NCBI GenBank assembly: GCA_032127155.1
Contig: JAQAZV010000132.1
Coordinates: 1 to 42,015, forward strand
Source: Acidimicrobiia bacterium
GTDB taxonomy: Bacteria > Actinomycetota > Acidimicrobiia > Spongiisociales > UBA5794
Reading direction: 5' to 3'
Length of the DNA stretch: 42,015 nucleotides
Numbering within the stretch: the stretch's first letter is position 1; every line of letters starts with the position of its first letter. Both the position numbers and the translations under genes were made by a program. The notes under the pieces are model-generated. The model searched no databases and was not told the origin of the DNA. It saw only the letters and a program-made list of their open reading frames with translations. Shown here piece after piece: positions 1 to 9,408 of the stretch.

Positions 1-1104
1 GATGTGGACGATGAGGTCGAGGGCAGAAGCCACCTGCTCACGGATGGCCCTGATCGGCAGGTCCATACCTGCCATCAGCACCATGGTCTCGATACGGGCG
101 AGTGTGTCCCTCGGTGCATTCGAGTGAACCGTCGTCAGCGATCCATCGTGACCGGTGTTCATCGCCTGGAGCATGTCGAGCGCTTCACCGCCACGAACCT
201 CACCGACGATGATTCGGTCGGGACGCATACGCAGCGTGTTCCTGACGAGGTCACGAATCGTGACCTCACCTTTGCCCTCGAGATTGGTCGGGCGCGATTC
301 GAGCGTGAGGACGTGCGTCTGGTTCAGCTGGACCTCGGCCGCGTCCTCGACCGTGATGATGCGCTCGTTCGCGGGGATGAAGTTCGACAGCACGTTGAGG
401 AGCGTCGTCTTCCCTGAGCCTGTGGCGCCAGAGACGATGATGTTCAACCGTCCCTCGACGCATCGCTTGAGGAGCCCTGCCACCTGCTCGTTCATCGAAT
501 GGTTGGCGACGAGGTCATCCACCGTGAATGGATCGACGGCGAACTTACGGATCGTCACATACGGTCCGCCGATCGCAAGGGGATGGATGATCGCGTTGAC
601 ACGGGATCCGTCTGGGAGGCGGGCATCGACCATGGGGTTCGATTCATCGATGCGCCGACCGATCTGGCCGACGATCTTCTCGATGATTCGCTCGAGGTGG
701 TTGGCATCGACGAACCGTGTGTCTGTCTTCGTGATCTTGCCTGCGCGCTCGACCCATACGGCGTGGGGTCCGTTGACCATGACCTCAGTGACCTCCGGGT
801 CAGCCAGATACGGGTCGATGGGCCCGTATCCGAGAACATCGTCGGCGATCTCCTGGAGCAGGGTGAGGCGATCAGCACGCGCAAGCGGAACCGACTGTTC
901 CTGTTCGAGTGCCCATTCGAGCATCTCCATGACGCGGAGCTTGAGTTCGGCGTCGGACATCTGGGCGTTGTACAGCGTCGGGCCGAGGCCTTCGACGACC
1001 TTGTAATGGAGCTTTCTCCGGAGGTCAGCCTTGACCTCTTCCCTCTGACCGTCCGTCGACGTATCCGTCGACTTCGCCGCTCTGACCCTGTCTGCGAGAC
1101 TCAT
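1..1104 (-). CDS. cpaF: Tad/Flp pilus secretion ATPase CpaF/TadA (3' end runs off window)
   Basis: Not in the ORF track because it has no stop inside the window. Manual reverse translation from the ATG (complement of 1102-1104) gives MSLADRVRAAKS... with Walker A GATGSGKTT, RIIVGEVRGGEA and TGHDGSLTTVHSN, typical of CpaF/VirB11-type ATPases. The frame is open to position 1. It lies directly downstream of cpaE. Confidence 0.9.
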   Translation of the reverse strand, partial: MSLADRVRAAKSTDTSTDGQREEVKADLRRKLHYKVVEGLGPTLYNAQMSDAELKLRVMEMLEWALEQEQSVPLARADRLTLLQEIADDVLGYGPIDPYLADPEVTEVMVNGPHAVWVERAGKITKTDTRFVDANHLERIIEKIVGQIGRRIDESNPMVDARLPDGSRVNAIIHPLAIGGPYVTIRKFAVDPFTVDDLVANHSMNEQVAGLLKRCVEGRLNIIVSGATGSGKTTLLNVLSNFIPANERIITVEDAAEVQLNQTHVLTLESRPTNLEGKGEVTIRDLVRNTLRMRPDRIIVGEVRGGEALDMLQAMNTGHDGSLTTVHSNAPRDTLARIETMVLMAGMDLPIRAIREQVASALDLIVHI

Positions 1105-1138
1105 GTGGCCGTTCCTTCCTGGTGGTTCACGATCACAC

Positions 1139-2329
1139 CTACCTGAACCAGCCGCGCTTTTCTTCCTGCTGCGGCTCGTCGACCGCTTCTCCGTCGAGGA
1201 CGAGCGCCGCGACCCCCCTGAGGTCCTTGGCAACCCTCGAGCGCGGGTAGAGGCTGACAACCGGCTCTCCCTCGTTCACCGCCCGTGGCACGAGCTTGTC
1301 CGAGCTGATCGCAGCCTGGACTTCGAGACCGAGCGACCGCTCGAGCTCGTTGATATCGAGCCGCGCCTTGCTGTTCACCCTATTGAGGATCAGCTTGATC
1401 TTCTCGAACGGGAACTTGATGAGCTTGAGGGTGTCGAGAGCGAGTTTCGCGTTCTTGACAGCTGGCAGGTCCATGTCAACGACGAGGAGGACGACATCAG
1501 ATCGCTCGAGGATCGACAGCACGGGTTCATCGAGGAACGGTGCCGTGTCGATGATCACGTAGTCGAACATTCGCTTGAGCATGCCGAGAGTCTTCACCAC
1601 GACCTGCGTCGAAACCTCATCGGCGAGCGACGGTTCCAGAGGCGCCGAGAGCACCCGAAGACCGGACGCGTGCGACGCGAGCAGCGAGTCGAGGAGTTGT
1701 TCATCGAGCTTGTCGATGTCCCTCGCGGCGTCGACGATCGTGTGCTGGGGCTCGACCTGGAGCGAGATACACACATCACCGAACTGGAGGTCGGCGTCCA
1801 TGATGACCACCTTCTCCGGTCGTCCCGACATCATGGCGAGACCAAGCCCCACGTTCACGGTGGTCATGGTCTTGCCGGCCCCACCCTTTGGAGACATGAT
1901 CGTGACGACCTTGCCGATGCGGGTCTTCGGCTTGAACTCCTTGCCGACCATCGCCTCGGCCTTCTCGATGTGGGCGAGCATGGAGTCGACCTTGGTCTGG
2001 TTGAGGGGCGCATCCAGCACGTCCCTGAACCCGACCCTGATGGCCGCCCTCAGCACGTCGGTCGTGAGACCGTCTGCCACAAGGACGATGGGCAGGCTCG
2101 GCTGGATGTCGAGGAGGAGGCTCGCCTCGCTCACCCCAGCCTCATGGGCGAACCCCGGTCCGATGATGGCGAGCTCGATCCCCTCCTCGACCAGCTTTCG
2201 CTGGGCGTCGGAGATGTTGCGTGCCTGATAGACCTTGTGGCCGTCCAGGAGGGATACGGCGGAGTCCATCGCCACTGTATCCGTGTCGACAACGAGGATC
2301 GACCGGGTGCTGTCAGTTGCCGGAGCCAC
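1139..2329 (-). CDS. cpaE: Tad pilus assembly protein CpaE/TadZ (receiver-like N-domain plus MinD/ParA-type ATPase)
   Basis: 396-aa ORF. GTG start (complement of 2327-2329) overlaps the cpaB stop by 17 nt. N-terminal receiver-like fold (ILVVDTD...), deviant Walker A SPKGGAGKT. Located between cpaB and cpaF. Confidence 0.85.
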   Translation of the reverse strand: MAPATDSTRSILVVDTDTVAMDSAVSLLDGHKVYQARNISDAQRKLVEEGIELAIIGPGFAHEAGVSEASLLLDIQPSLPIVLVADGLTTDVLRAAIRVGFRDVLDAPLNQTKVDSMLAHIEKAEAMVGKEFKPKTRIGKVVTIMSPKGGAGKTMTTVNVGLGLAMMSGRPEKVVIMDADLQFGDVCISLQVEPQHTIVDAARDIDKLDEQLLDSLLASHASGLRVLSAPLEPSLADEVSTQVVVKTLGMLKRMFDYVIIDTAPFLDEPVLSILERSDVVLLVVDMDLPAVKNAKLALDTLKLIKFPFEKIKLILNRVNSKARLDINELERSLGLEVQAAISSDKLVPRAVNEGEPVVSLYPRSRVAKDLRGVAALVLDGEAVDEPQQEEKRGWFR

Positions 2330-3314
2330 TTGTCACCTGTCCCAATTCGTCCTGAAGGCGGTCGAGCAAGCTGAAGAGGTCGTCGACCACGACGGGTTGT
2401 GCGTCGTAGGGCACGTAGTCACCCGCTGGCAGCAGCGACAGTGCAACCTCGGTGTAGTTGCGGGCGTACTCAATGAGTTCCGCTTCCTGTGGTGTCACCT
2501 CGAACACGACCACACCGGCGATCGGGGTGAGACCCGACTCCAGCGGCGCGGGTCGTGTGTCAGCACCGACGGCGAGTACCTGGACGTTCTGGAGGATCGT
2601 CTGGGTCACGTCGACCGCAGACGGGATGGCACCCGCGAGGTTGGTTGGGCCGGTCGGTTCCGTGCTGTCAGGCACGGTCGTCCCGTCCCCCGTAACTGGC
2701 GTCTCGGGTGCGACACCTGCTTCGATCAACAGGTCGCGGAGTTCATCGTTCGAGATGATCTCGAGGAACTGCAGCGGTGACAGGCTTGCGGATGCAAGGA
2801 TGTTGACATTGTCGCCAGGACGGATGAAGCCGCCGCTGCCATTGACGATGTCGACGGACAACGAGATCGCGACCTTCCCAGGGGCGATGGCATCTTTGAG
2901 GCGCTGCTGGAGGTCGCGAACATCGGCGAACGACGTTGTCGCGATCAGCTGGCCCTCTGCTATCGGACCGGATGCCACCTTGCCGTCGAGGACAGCGTTG
3001 AGGTCATTCGGGTTGTTCGGACAACCGACCTCGTTGGGGTTGCCGTCGGCATTCGAGCCGACCGCTCCCGTACAGAGAATCGTCGAGCCATCGAAGACAA
3101 CCGACTCCCTGAGCGCGGTCGACGTCTCGATGAACGCCTGGGCTTCCTCGCCTGCAGTCCCTGATGCGATGAAGTCCAGGGCGCGATACACCCCGACTTC
3201 GGCGATGTCCGCCCGTATGTCATCTTCGACGTTCGTGAGATATTGCCAAATCGCGAACCCGGAAATCGCGGCGAGCGCGACGGCAATAACGAGTACAAGT
3301 GTGCGCCGGCCCAT
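2313..3314 (-). CDS. cpaB: Flp pilus assembly protein CpaB/RcpC
   Basis: 333 aa. N-terminal membrane anchor MGRRTLVLVIAVALAAISGFAIW. SAF-like and RcpC-like segments (GFIRPGDNVNIL, VQVLAVGA). RBS GGGGAGGA upstream. First gene of the cpaB-cpaE-cpaF run. Confidence 0.85.
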   Translation of the reverse strand: MGRRTLVLVIAVALAAISGFAIWQYLTNVEDDIRADIAEVGVYRALDFIASGTAGEEAQAFIETSTALRESVVFDGSTILCTGAVGSNADGNPNEVGCPNNPNDLNAVLDGKVASGPIAEGQLIATTSFADVRDLQQRLKDAIAPGKVAISLSVDIVNGSGGFIRPGDNVNILASASLSPLQFLEIISNDELRDLLIEAGVAPETPVTGDGTTVPDSTEPTGPTNLAGAIPSAVDVTQTILQNVQVLAVGADTRPAPLESGLTPIAGVVVFEVTPQEAELIEYARNYTEVALSLLPAGDYVPYDAQPVVVDDLFSLLDRLQDELGQVTSGSGN

Positions 3315-3398
3315 GTCAGTCGTTCCTCCCCATGATGTGATACGACTTCAATCCGCGTCGAGAAGGAGCAGCCCCCGTGCGACTGGCCAAGGTTCCCA

Positions 3399-3414
3399 CA
3401 TGGCACATGCCATG
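3399..3414. repeat. Inverted repeat CATGGCA-CA-TGCCATG in the rpsA/cpaB intergenic gap
   Basis: Read directly from the sequence. 7-nt arms lie 16-31 nt downstream of the rpsA stop and about 85 nt upstream of the cpaB start. Function unknown (terminator-like hairpin without a U-tract, or an operator). Confidence 0.5.
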
Positions 3415-3430
3415 GTCAAGGATCTGACCG

Positions 3431-5011
3431 TTATGAACGACCGATGCCGCGTTCCTTGAGCTCCTGCAGGATCGCCTCGAGGGACGAGTCTGCGTTGAAG
3501 CTTGGTGTCGCTTCTGGTGTTTCGTCCTCACGTTCGAATTCCCTTCGGCGAGGACGTGTCGGCTTTCGTTCGGTCCACGTTGAGCGTTCCTCCCATTCCG
3601 GAAGTGCCTGCTTGATCGACAGGCTTACCCGACGTCTGTCGGCATCGATCTCGGTGACCTTTACCTTTACTTCCTGTCCGATGGAGAGCTCGAGTTCCGG
3701 ACTCTCGACGTGATGCATGGCGATCTCCGAGACGTGCACCAGGCCTTCGACGCCTTCGCCCACGGAGACGAATGCGCCAAAGGGAACCGTCTTCGTGACC
3801 TTCCCATCGACGATGGTTCCGACATCCGCATCTCGTGCGAATGTCTCCCAGGGATCCTCGGCCGTTTGGCGGATCGACAGGGAAATCCGTTCCCTCCCGT
3901 AGTCCACCTCGAGCACCTTCACCTTCACCTTGTCGCCGACGGTGACGATCTCGCCAGGATGGTTCACGTGGCGCCATGACAACTCGGATACGTGGACGAG
4001 GCCATCCATGCCGCCGAGATCGACGAACGCACCGAAATTGACGACGCTCGAGACAACACCCTCGCGGATGTCGCCCTCGCTGAGATCCTCCAGGAACGCA
4101 TGCCGTTGTTCGGCCTGCTCCTCCTCGAGGTAGGCACGACGCGACAGGACGACGTTGTTGCGATTCCGGTCGAGTTCGATGACCTTCGCCTCCATCGTTT
4201 CCCCGATGAATGGCTGGAGGTCGCGAACCCTGCGGAGATCCACCAGGGATGCAGGGAGGAAGCCGCGAAGGCCGATGTCGACGATGAGACCGCCTTTGAC
4301 CACCTCGATGACGAGACCGGACACGGTCCCACCTTCGTTCATGATCCCTTCGATCCGACCCCACGCACGTTCGTATTGGGCACGCTTCTTCGACAGTACG
4401 AGCCGACCCTGGTCGTCCTCCTTCTGGAGCACGAGTGCCTCGATCTCGTCACCGACCGAGACGACCTCGGTGGGGTTGGAATTGTTCCTCACCGACAGCT
4501 CATACGGTGGGATGACACCTTCGGACTTGTACCCGATATCTACGAGAACCTCATCAGGATCGACCCTGACGACGGTACCGACGACGATGTCGCCTTCCTT
4601 GAACTCGAAGACCGTCTGCTCGACGACGGCGGCAAAATCATCTGCCGAGAGGTCGTCAGGGACGTCACCGATCGCCTTGGGTGCGCTGATGGCTGGGCGA
4701 TCGCCGCGTGGAGGGCTGGGGACGGTGTCCTCGCCGTCGCCTTCGGTGATCGCCTCCTCCGCCACCTCGAGGGGCTCGACGACCTCGATAGCTTCGGAAT
4801 CCTCTGGGGTGCTCGGGGCTGCATCGGCCTCAGGCGTGTCCTCACCGTCCGATTCGACGATCTCAGCAACGGCTTCGACGACGACCTCCTCGGTCACGCT
4901 GTCGTCCGGTGCATCTTCGGCAGCCGTCGTGGCTACCTCGTCGATGGGTGTCGGTTCGGTGGTCTCGGCGACGTCTTCGGTTGCGACGTCGCGGTCGTTA
5001 TCGATGGGCAT
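3431..5011 (-). CDS. rpsA: 30S ribosomal protein S1 with long acidic N-terminal extension
   Basis: Four S1/OB repeats (GDIVVGTVVRVD, GTVSGLVIEVVKGG, GDIREGVVSSVVNFGAFVDLG, GTIVDGKVTKTVPFGAFVSVG). Start re-called at the ATG complement of 5009-5011 (MPIDND...), preceded by AAGGAG. The track's longer ORF (to 5107) adds non-coding-looking residues. 526 aa. Confidence 0.93.
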   Translation of the reverse strand: MPIDNDRDVATEDVAETTEPTPIDEVATTAAEDAPDDSVTEEVVVEAVAEIVESDGEDTPEADAAPSTPEDSEAIEVVEPLEVAEEAITEGDGEDTVPSPPRGDRPAISAPKAIGDVPDDLSADDFAAVVEQTVFEFKEGDIVVGTVVRVDPDEVLVDIGYKSEGVIPPYELSVRNNSNPTEVVSVGDEIEALVLQKEDDQGRLVLSKKRAQYERAWGRIEGIMNEGGTVSGLVIEVVKGGLIVDIGLRGFLPASLVDLRRVRDLQPFIGETMEAKVIELDRNRNNVVLSRRAYLEEEQAEQRHAFLEDLSEGDIREGVVSSVVNFGAFVDLGGMDGLVHVSELSWRHVNHPGEIVTVGDKVKVKVLEVDYGRERISLSIRQTAEDPWETFARDADVGTIVDGKVTKTVPFGAFVSVGEGVEGLVHVSEIAMHHVESPELELSIGQEVKVKVTEIDADRRRVSLSIKQALPEWEERSTWTERKPTRPRRREFEREDETPEATPSFNADSSLEAILQELKERGIGRS

Positions 5012-5146
5012 GTACGGGTGGTTCTCCTTGGATACGTATTGGCCTTCGAGCGCGCGCAGAAGCGGGCCAAGGCGATGGCATGGTATCGCACGAACCGCCC
5101 AACCCACAACAGGACGATCGGTTCGGCGGTGCCGCGCTGTGATTCG

Positions 5147-7762
5147 TCAGTGTTGGGCGTCGGCGAGCGACGCACCCGATGCGTGGGACACCTTGAGCGG
5201 GATGCTGAGTTCTGCAACCCCCTGCATCACTTCCACGGTGAGATCGGTGATTGCCGCGAGCTCATCATTCGGCACTTCGAGGACGAGTTCATCGTGGATC
5301 TGGAGGAGCATTTCTGCCTTCGATCCCCGCTCGTCGAGGCGGAGGCCGAGGTCGATCATCGCTTTCTTGATGATGTCGGCAGCCGATCCCTGGATCGGAG
5401 CGTTGAGCGCCATGCGTTCACCGGCCTGGCGCTCCCTCGTGCTGCGGCTGTGCAATTCCGGGAGGTATCTCCGACGTCCGAGAATCGTCGTCGTGTAGCC
5501 GGTCGTCCTGGCGTCGTCCACGATCCCCGACATGAACGCACGTACGTCGGGAAACTGGACGAAGTACTCGTCGATGTGGCGCTGTGCCTCCCCACGGTCG
5601 ATGCCAAGCCTTTGGGCAAGTCCGTAGGCCTCCATCCCGTAGAGGAGCCCAAAATTGATCATCTTCGACGTGCGTCGCATATCGTCGGTCACGTCATCGA
5701 GGGGGACGTCGTTCACGCGGGCGGCGGTCGCTGCGTGGATGTCGAGATCAGACGCAAATGCCTCGATGAGGCCTGGGTCCTGGGACAGATGGGCGAGGAT
5801 CCGAAGCTCTATCTGGCTGTAGTCGGCCACGAGGAGGGATGCGCCGTCGCGCGCAACGAACGCCCTGCGTATCGCTCTCCCCTCCTCACTTCGGATCGGG
5901 ATGTTCTGGAGATTGGGCTGCTCCATGGACAACCTGCCGGTCGCGGAGCCCGTCTGGTTGAAACGACCCCGCACCCTGCCGTCCTCATCGACGAGAGCGA
6001 GCAACGACTCGACGTAGGTCGACCTGAGTTTGTCGAGCTCGCGGAAGGCGAGGAGGTTGGCGATGATCTCATGCTCACCCTCGAGCTTCTCGAGGACCGC
6101 AGCGTCAGTGGACGGCACACCCTTCGCCGTCTTCTTCACGACAGGCAGTCCGAGCTCCTCGAACAGCACACTCCTGAGTTGCAGCGTGCTGTTGACGTTG
6201 AACGGTCGACCCGCGAGCTCGTGGATCCTGGTCTGATATGCGGCGATGCGATTGCGCAGATCGACGCCGAATGCCTCGAGGAACTCGATATCGAGGGCAA
6301 TGCCGACGTCCTCCATCCTGGCGAGCACGGTGATGAGCGGCAGCTCGATCGAGGTGAAGAGGTCTCCCGCCCCTCTGGCGTCGAGCTGGGCGGTGAGTGG
6401 TTCGATCAACGCCTCGGTTGCATAGGCCCTGCGTGCAAGGGCGTCGAGATCGAATGAAGGTTCATCGAATGCCAGCGTTCCCTGCTCCCGGGATCCCCCA
6501 GTCTCGGTCCCCGTCCCGATATCGATGCCAAGCTCGCGGTACGCGAGATCATCGAGATCCGTGGCGCGCTGTGCCGGATTGATGAGCCACGATGCAAGCA
6601 TCGAGTCGAAACCGACGACCGGGGGACGGAGGTCGGCATCGATCATCGCCCTGAGGAGGGGCTTGGCGTCGTGGCACACCCATGTCGGTCCGCCTTGCGC
6701 CGTCAGGACGTCGATGAGGTCGAGGGGGACGAAGACGGCTGGATCACCGGCAATGACGACCCCGGCGAGGGCGTCATCGTCCCATACAGGAGCCACGGAC
6801 ACGCTCGCTCCGGTTGCAGCTTGCGCTACCTGGTGCGTCGTGGTGGCCGTGACGACGTCGACATCGACGATGGTTGCCCCACCTTCACCGAGACCACCGA
6901 GTTCCTCGAGGCGCTGCCACAGCACCCGGAAGGCCAATTCGTCGAACAGCAATCGAACCGCGTCCCTGTCGAAGGGCTCGAGCATGAGGTCGGAGGTCGT
7001 GAGGTCTTCCATCGGGACATCGTGCACGAGCGTCATCAGGGACCGGTTGAGGAACACCTGGTCGCGCGACGCGCCGAGGTTCTCCCTCAGGCGTGGCGTG
7101 AGGTCGTCCAGACCTTCGAACAGGTCCTCCAGGCTTGCGTAGTCGTTGATCAGCTTGGCGGCGGTCTTCTCCCCGACTCCTGGGACGCCCGGCAGGTTGT
7201 CGGACGTGTCCCCCCTGAGGGCCGCGTACTCGACGTAGCGCGTGGCGGGAATTCCGTACCGTTCGGCGATCCATTCCGGGGTGGCGTGGACCGTGTCCGA
7301 GATCCCACGAAGCGTATAGAGGACGGTCACCTCGCCCGAGGAGAGCTGGAACGCGTCGCGGTCGCCTGTGACAACGAGGACATCGAACCCTTCGGCACGG
7401 CCCCGATCGGCCAGGGTTGCGATGATGTCATCCGCTTCGAAGCCTGCGGCGCTCACCTGGCGGATGGCCATGGCATCGAGTACGTCCCTGATGAGGGGAA
7501 CCTGGCTTCGAAACAGGTCTGGCGCCGTCTCACGGTTCGCCTTGTACTCGGTGTACTGCTCGGACCTGAAGGTTGGCTCCCTGCGATCCCACGCGACCAC
7601 GATGGCGTCAGGCGACTCTTCCTGCATCAGCTTGATCAGCATCGAGGTGAACCCGAAGACGGCGTTGGTCACCTGGCCTGATGGCGTTGCGAGATCAGGG
7701 GGCAGCGCGTAGAAGGCCCTGTAGGCAAGGGAGTGACCATCGAGCAGAGCCAGCTTGGACAT
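5147..7762 (-). CDS. polA: DNA polymerase I
   Basis: 871 aa. 5'-nuclease N-terminus (LLDGHSLAYRAFYAL). Family-A motifs DYSQIELR, RRTSKMINFGLLYG and QIHDELVLE. Confidence 0.97.
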   Translation of the reverse strand: MSKLALLDGHSLAYRAFYALPPDLATPSGQVTNAVFGFTSMLIKLMQEESPDAIVVAWDRREPTFRSEQYTEYKANRETAPDLFRSQVPLIRDVLDAMAIRQVSAAGFEADDIIATLADRGRAEGFDVLVVTGDRDAFQLSSGEVTVLYTLRGISDTVHATPEWIAERYGIPATRYVEYAALRGDTSDNLPGVPGVGEKTAAKLINDYASLEDLFEGLDDLTPRLRENLGASRDQVFLNRSLMTLVHDVPMEDLTTSDLMLEPFDRDAVRLLFDELAFRVLWQRLEELGGLGEGGATIVDVDVVTATTTHQVAQAATGASVSVAPVWDDDALAGVVIAGDPAVFVPLDLIDVLTAQGGPTWVCHDAKPLLRAMIDADLRPPVVGFDSMLASWLINPAQRATDLDDLAYRELGIDIGTGTETGGSREQGTLAFDEPSFDLDALARRAYATEALIEPLTAQLDARGAGDLFTSIELPLITVLARMEDVGIALDIEFLEAFGVDLRNRIAAYQTRIHELAGRPFNVNSTLQLRSVLFEELGLPVVKKTAKGVPSTDAAVLEKLEGEHEIIANLLAFRELDKLRSTYVESLLALVDEDGRVRGRFNQTGSATGRLSMEQPNLQNIPIRSEEGRAIRRAFVARDGASLLVADYSQIELRILAHLSQDPGLIEAFASDLDIHAATAARVNDVPLDDVTDDMRRTSKMINFGLLYGMEAYGLAQRLGIDRGEAQRHIDEYFVQFPDVRAFMSGIVDDARTTGYTTTILGRRRYLPELHSRSTRERQAGERMALNAPIQGSAADIIKKAMIDLGLRLDERGSKAEMLLQIHDELVLEVPNDELAAITDLTVEVMQGVAELSIPLKVSHASGASLADAQH

Positions 7763-7835
7763 GGACGCGCATCGTAGCGGTACCGGGGTCCTCAGCTGTT
7801 GGCGCAGTGCCGTTTCCGGCGTTCAGCGTCCCAGG

Positions 7836-9395
7836 TCACTCGACGAGCTTGACCGGGTTGCCCTCGATCCGTGCGGACCACGTTGTGGTGTCATTGGTCT
7901 GACCCGGGTAGTTGTAGTCGATCTTCCACCAGCAGTCTGCTGCGCACGTGTAGGTGTCTGGTAGGTGAATCCGTACCTCGACGAGATGGTCGTTGAATCG
8001 GGAACTACTCGTGGCAATGTTGCATGCAGCCTCGGTTCCACCAGCGTATGACGAGTTCGTCGAGGTCCACGTGCACGGCGGCATCGTCCCGTTCGGCATC
8101 CGGACCCGCATGGAGTGGTTGCCACTCGCGTCGCCTGGGTCCCAAAGGCTCACAACCAGATCCTTCCCGGCGTGTATCGGATCGACTTCGGCGAGGTAGA
8201 AGACCGTGTCCCCTGATGCGCCGTCGACGTTCGAGTAGATCGACATGTCGCCGAGTCCGAAGATGCGAGGTTGGGTGCCGACGGCGCTGGCCTTCAACGA
8301 CCACCGATTGAGCCCACGCTCTCCATTGTCGAGCGTCAGCACACGCAGCGGATATACGCCCGGTCCTCGTGACTGGGCAGAGGGGCAGATGTTGTCCCAC
8401 AGGCTGTCGAGGCCACCGGAACCGGCGAGGAAGGTATCGACCTCGGCCCAGGTGGTGGAGGCCGTTGCGCCGGGGAAGTACGGGTCACGTGGCGGGAAGA
8501 CGACCTTGCACAACACCTCGTTGTTGGACGTGTCGAGGGGCGTTGGATCGGGGGCGTAGAGGATGAACACGGTCGTTGGACCGGGGCTCGATCCCTGTGG
8601 GTTGTCACCGACGAGGACGAGGTCTCCACCGCCCCTGGTGAAGGGGCCATCGAAGACCTGGACCTGGACCGATGTCGCTCCAGCCGCCACGTCGACGCCG
8701 TACAGGTAGCCGCCCGACGTCGAGCTGTAGCCACCTACCGACGGGTTGTCGTAGTAGGTCTGGCGGCGGTCTGGATTCTTGGTGCAGCCCGAACCTGAGT
8801 CCCAGCTGACGCACTGCGACGAGTAGCGGTCGCCCATGCCTCGGCCGGTGTAGTACCCGTGGATGTTTCCCCAGAACTCGGGCTGGCTGCCAGACTTGGT
8901 CGGGTCGTTGCCGAATCGACGATCTGGACTCCCGAGCGGAAGTGGGAGGACGTATTCGGCCACGGCACTCTTCCGTATCGAGATCGTATCGATACCGAAC
9001 ACCTTCATGAAGAACGTGGGAACGGCGTGGGACACGGTCACTCGGAGCTGGTTGATGTTGTTGACGGCGCTGGGGTCTTCGTTGTAGTCCACGGGAACAA
9101 CCGATGTACCCGCCGCTCCGGCATTGAAGCCGTTCTCCCCAGCCGAGGCGATCGCCTGCGCGTAGGCCTGCGTCTGATCGTCCGGCTCGTAGATCACTCC
9201 AGCGAGGGCTGCGGCGTCGGCGCCGTGCTGGATCTTGATGCCGTTCCAGTACAACCATCCGAAGTCGATGGCGAATGCCGCCATGCCCATGAAGACCGTG
9301 AGCATGCTTGCGACGAGGATCAGTACGGCTCCACGCTCGCGTTCGGCGAGGGTCCTGGCAACCTTCCCGATCAATCGTATGGTCCGTGATCTCAT
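7836..9395 (-). CDS. TadG-like pilus-associated protein with large Cys-rich C-terminal domain
   Basis: 519 aa. The N-terminus (RGAVLILVASMLTVFMGMAAFAIDFGWLYWNGIKIQHGADAAALAG) matches the TadG/TadE-like N-terminal membrane segment. It sits immediately downstream (13 nt) of the tadE-like gene. The remaining 400 or so residues have no motif I recognise. Confidence 0.7.
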   Translation of the reverse strand: MRSRTIRLIGKVARTLAERERGAVLILVASMLTVFMGMAAFAIDFGWLYWNGIKIQHGADAAALAGVIYEPDDQTQAYAQAIASAGENGFNAGAAGTSVVPVDYNEDPSAVNNINQLRVTVSHAVPTFFMKVFGIDTISIRKSAVAEYVLPLPLGSPDRRFGNDPTKSGSQPEFWGNIHGYYTGRGMGDRYSSQCVSWDSGSGCTKNPDRRQTYYDNPSVGGYSSTSGGYLYGVDVAAGATSVQVQVFDGPFTRGGGDLVLVGDNPQGSSPGPTTVFILYAPDPTPLDTSNNEVLCKVVFPPRDPYFPGATASTTWAEVDTFLAGSGGLDSLWDNICPSAQSRGPGVYPLRVLTLDNGERGLNRWSLKASAVGTQPRIFGLGDMSIYSNVDGASGDTVFYLAEVDPIHAGKDLVVSLWDPGDASGNHSMRVRMPNGTMPPCTWTSTNSSYAGGTEAACNIATSSSRFNDHLVEVRIHLPDTYTCAADCWWKIDYNYPGQTNDTTTWSARIEGNPVKLVE

Positions 9396-9408
9396 GTCAG
9401 GTCATTCC

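Noticed and set aside
3992-6457. 821-aa ORF on the plus strand spanning rpsA and polA.
   Set aside because: It is antisense to two confidently identified genes. The sequence is low-complexity and rich in R/D/G/V/L, typical of stop-poor antisense frames in high-GC DNA, and has no recognisable motifs.
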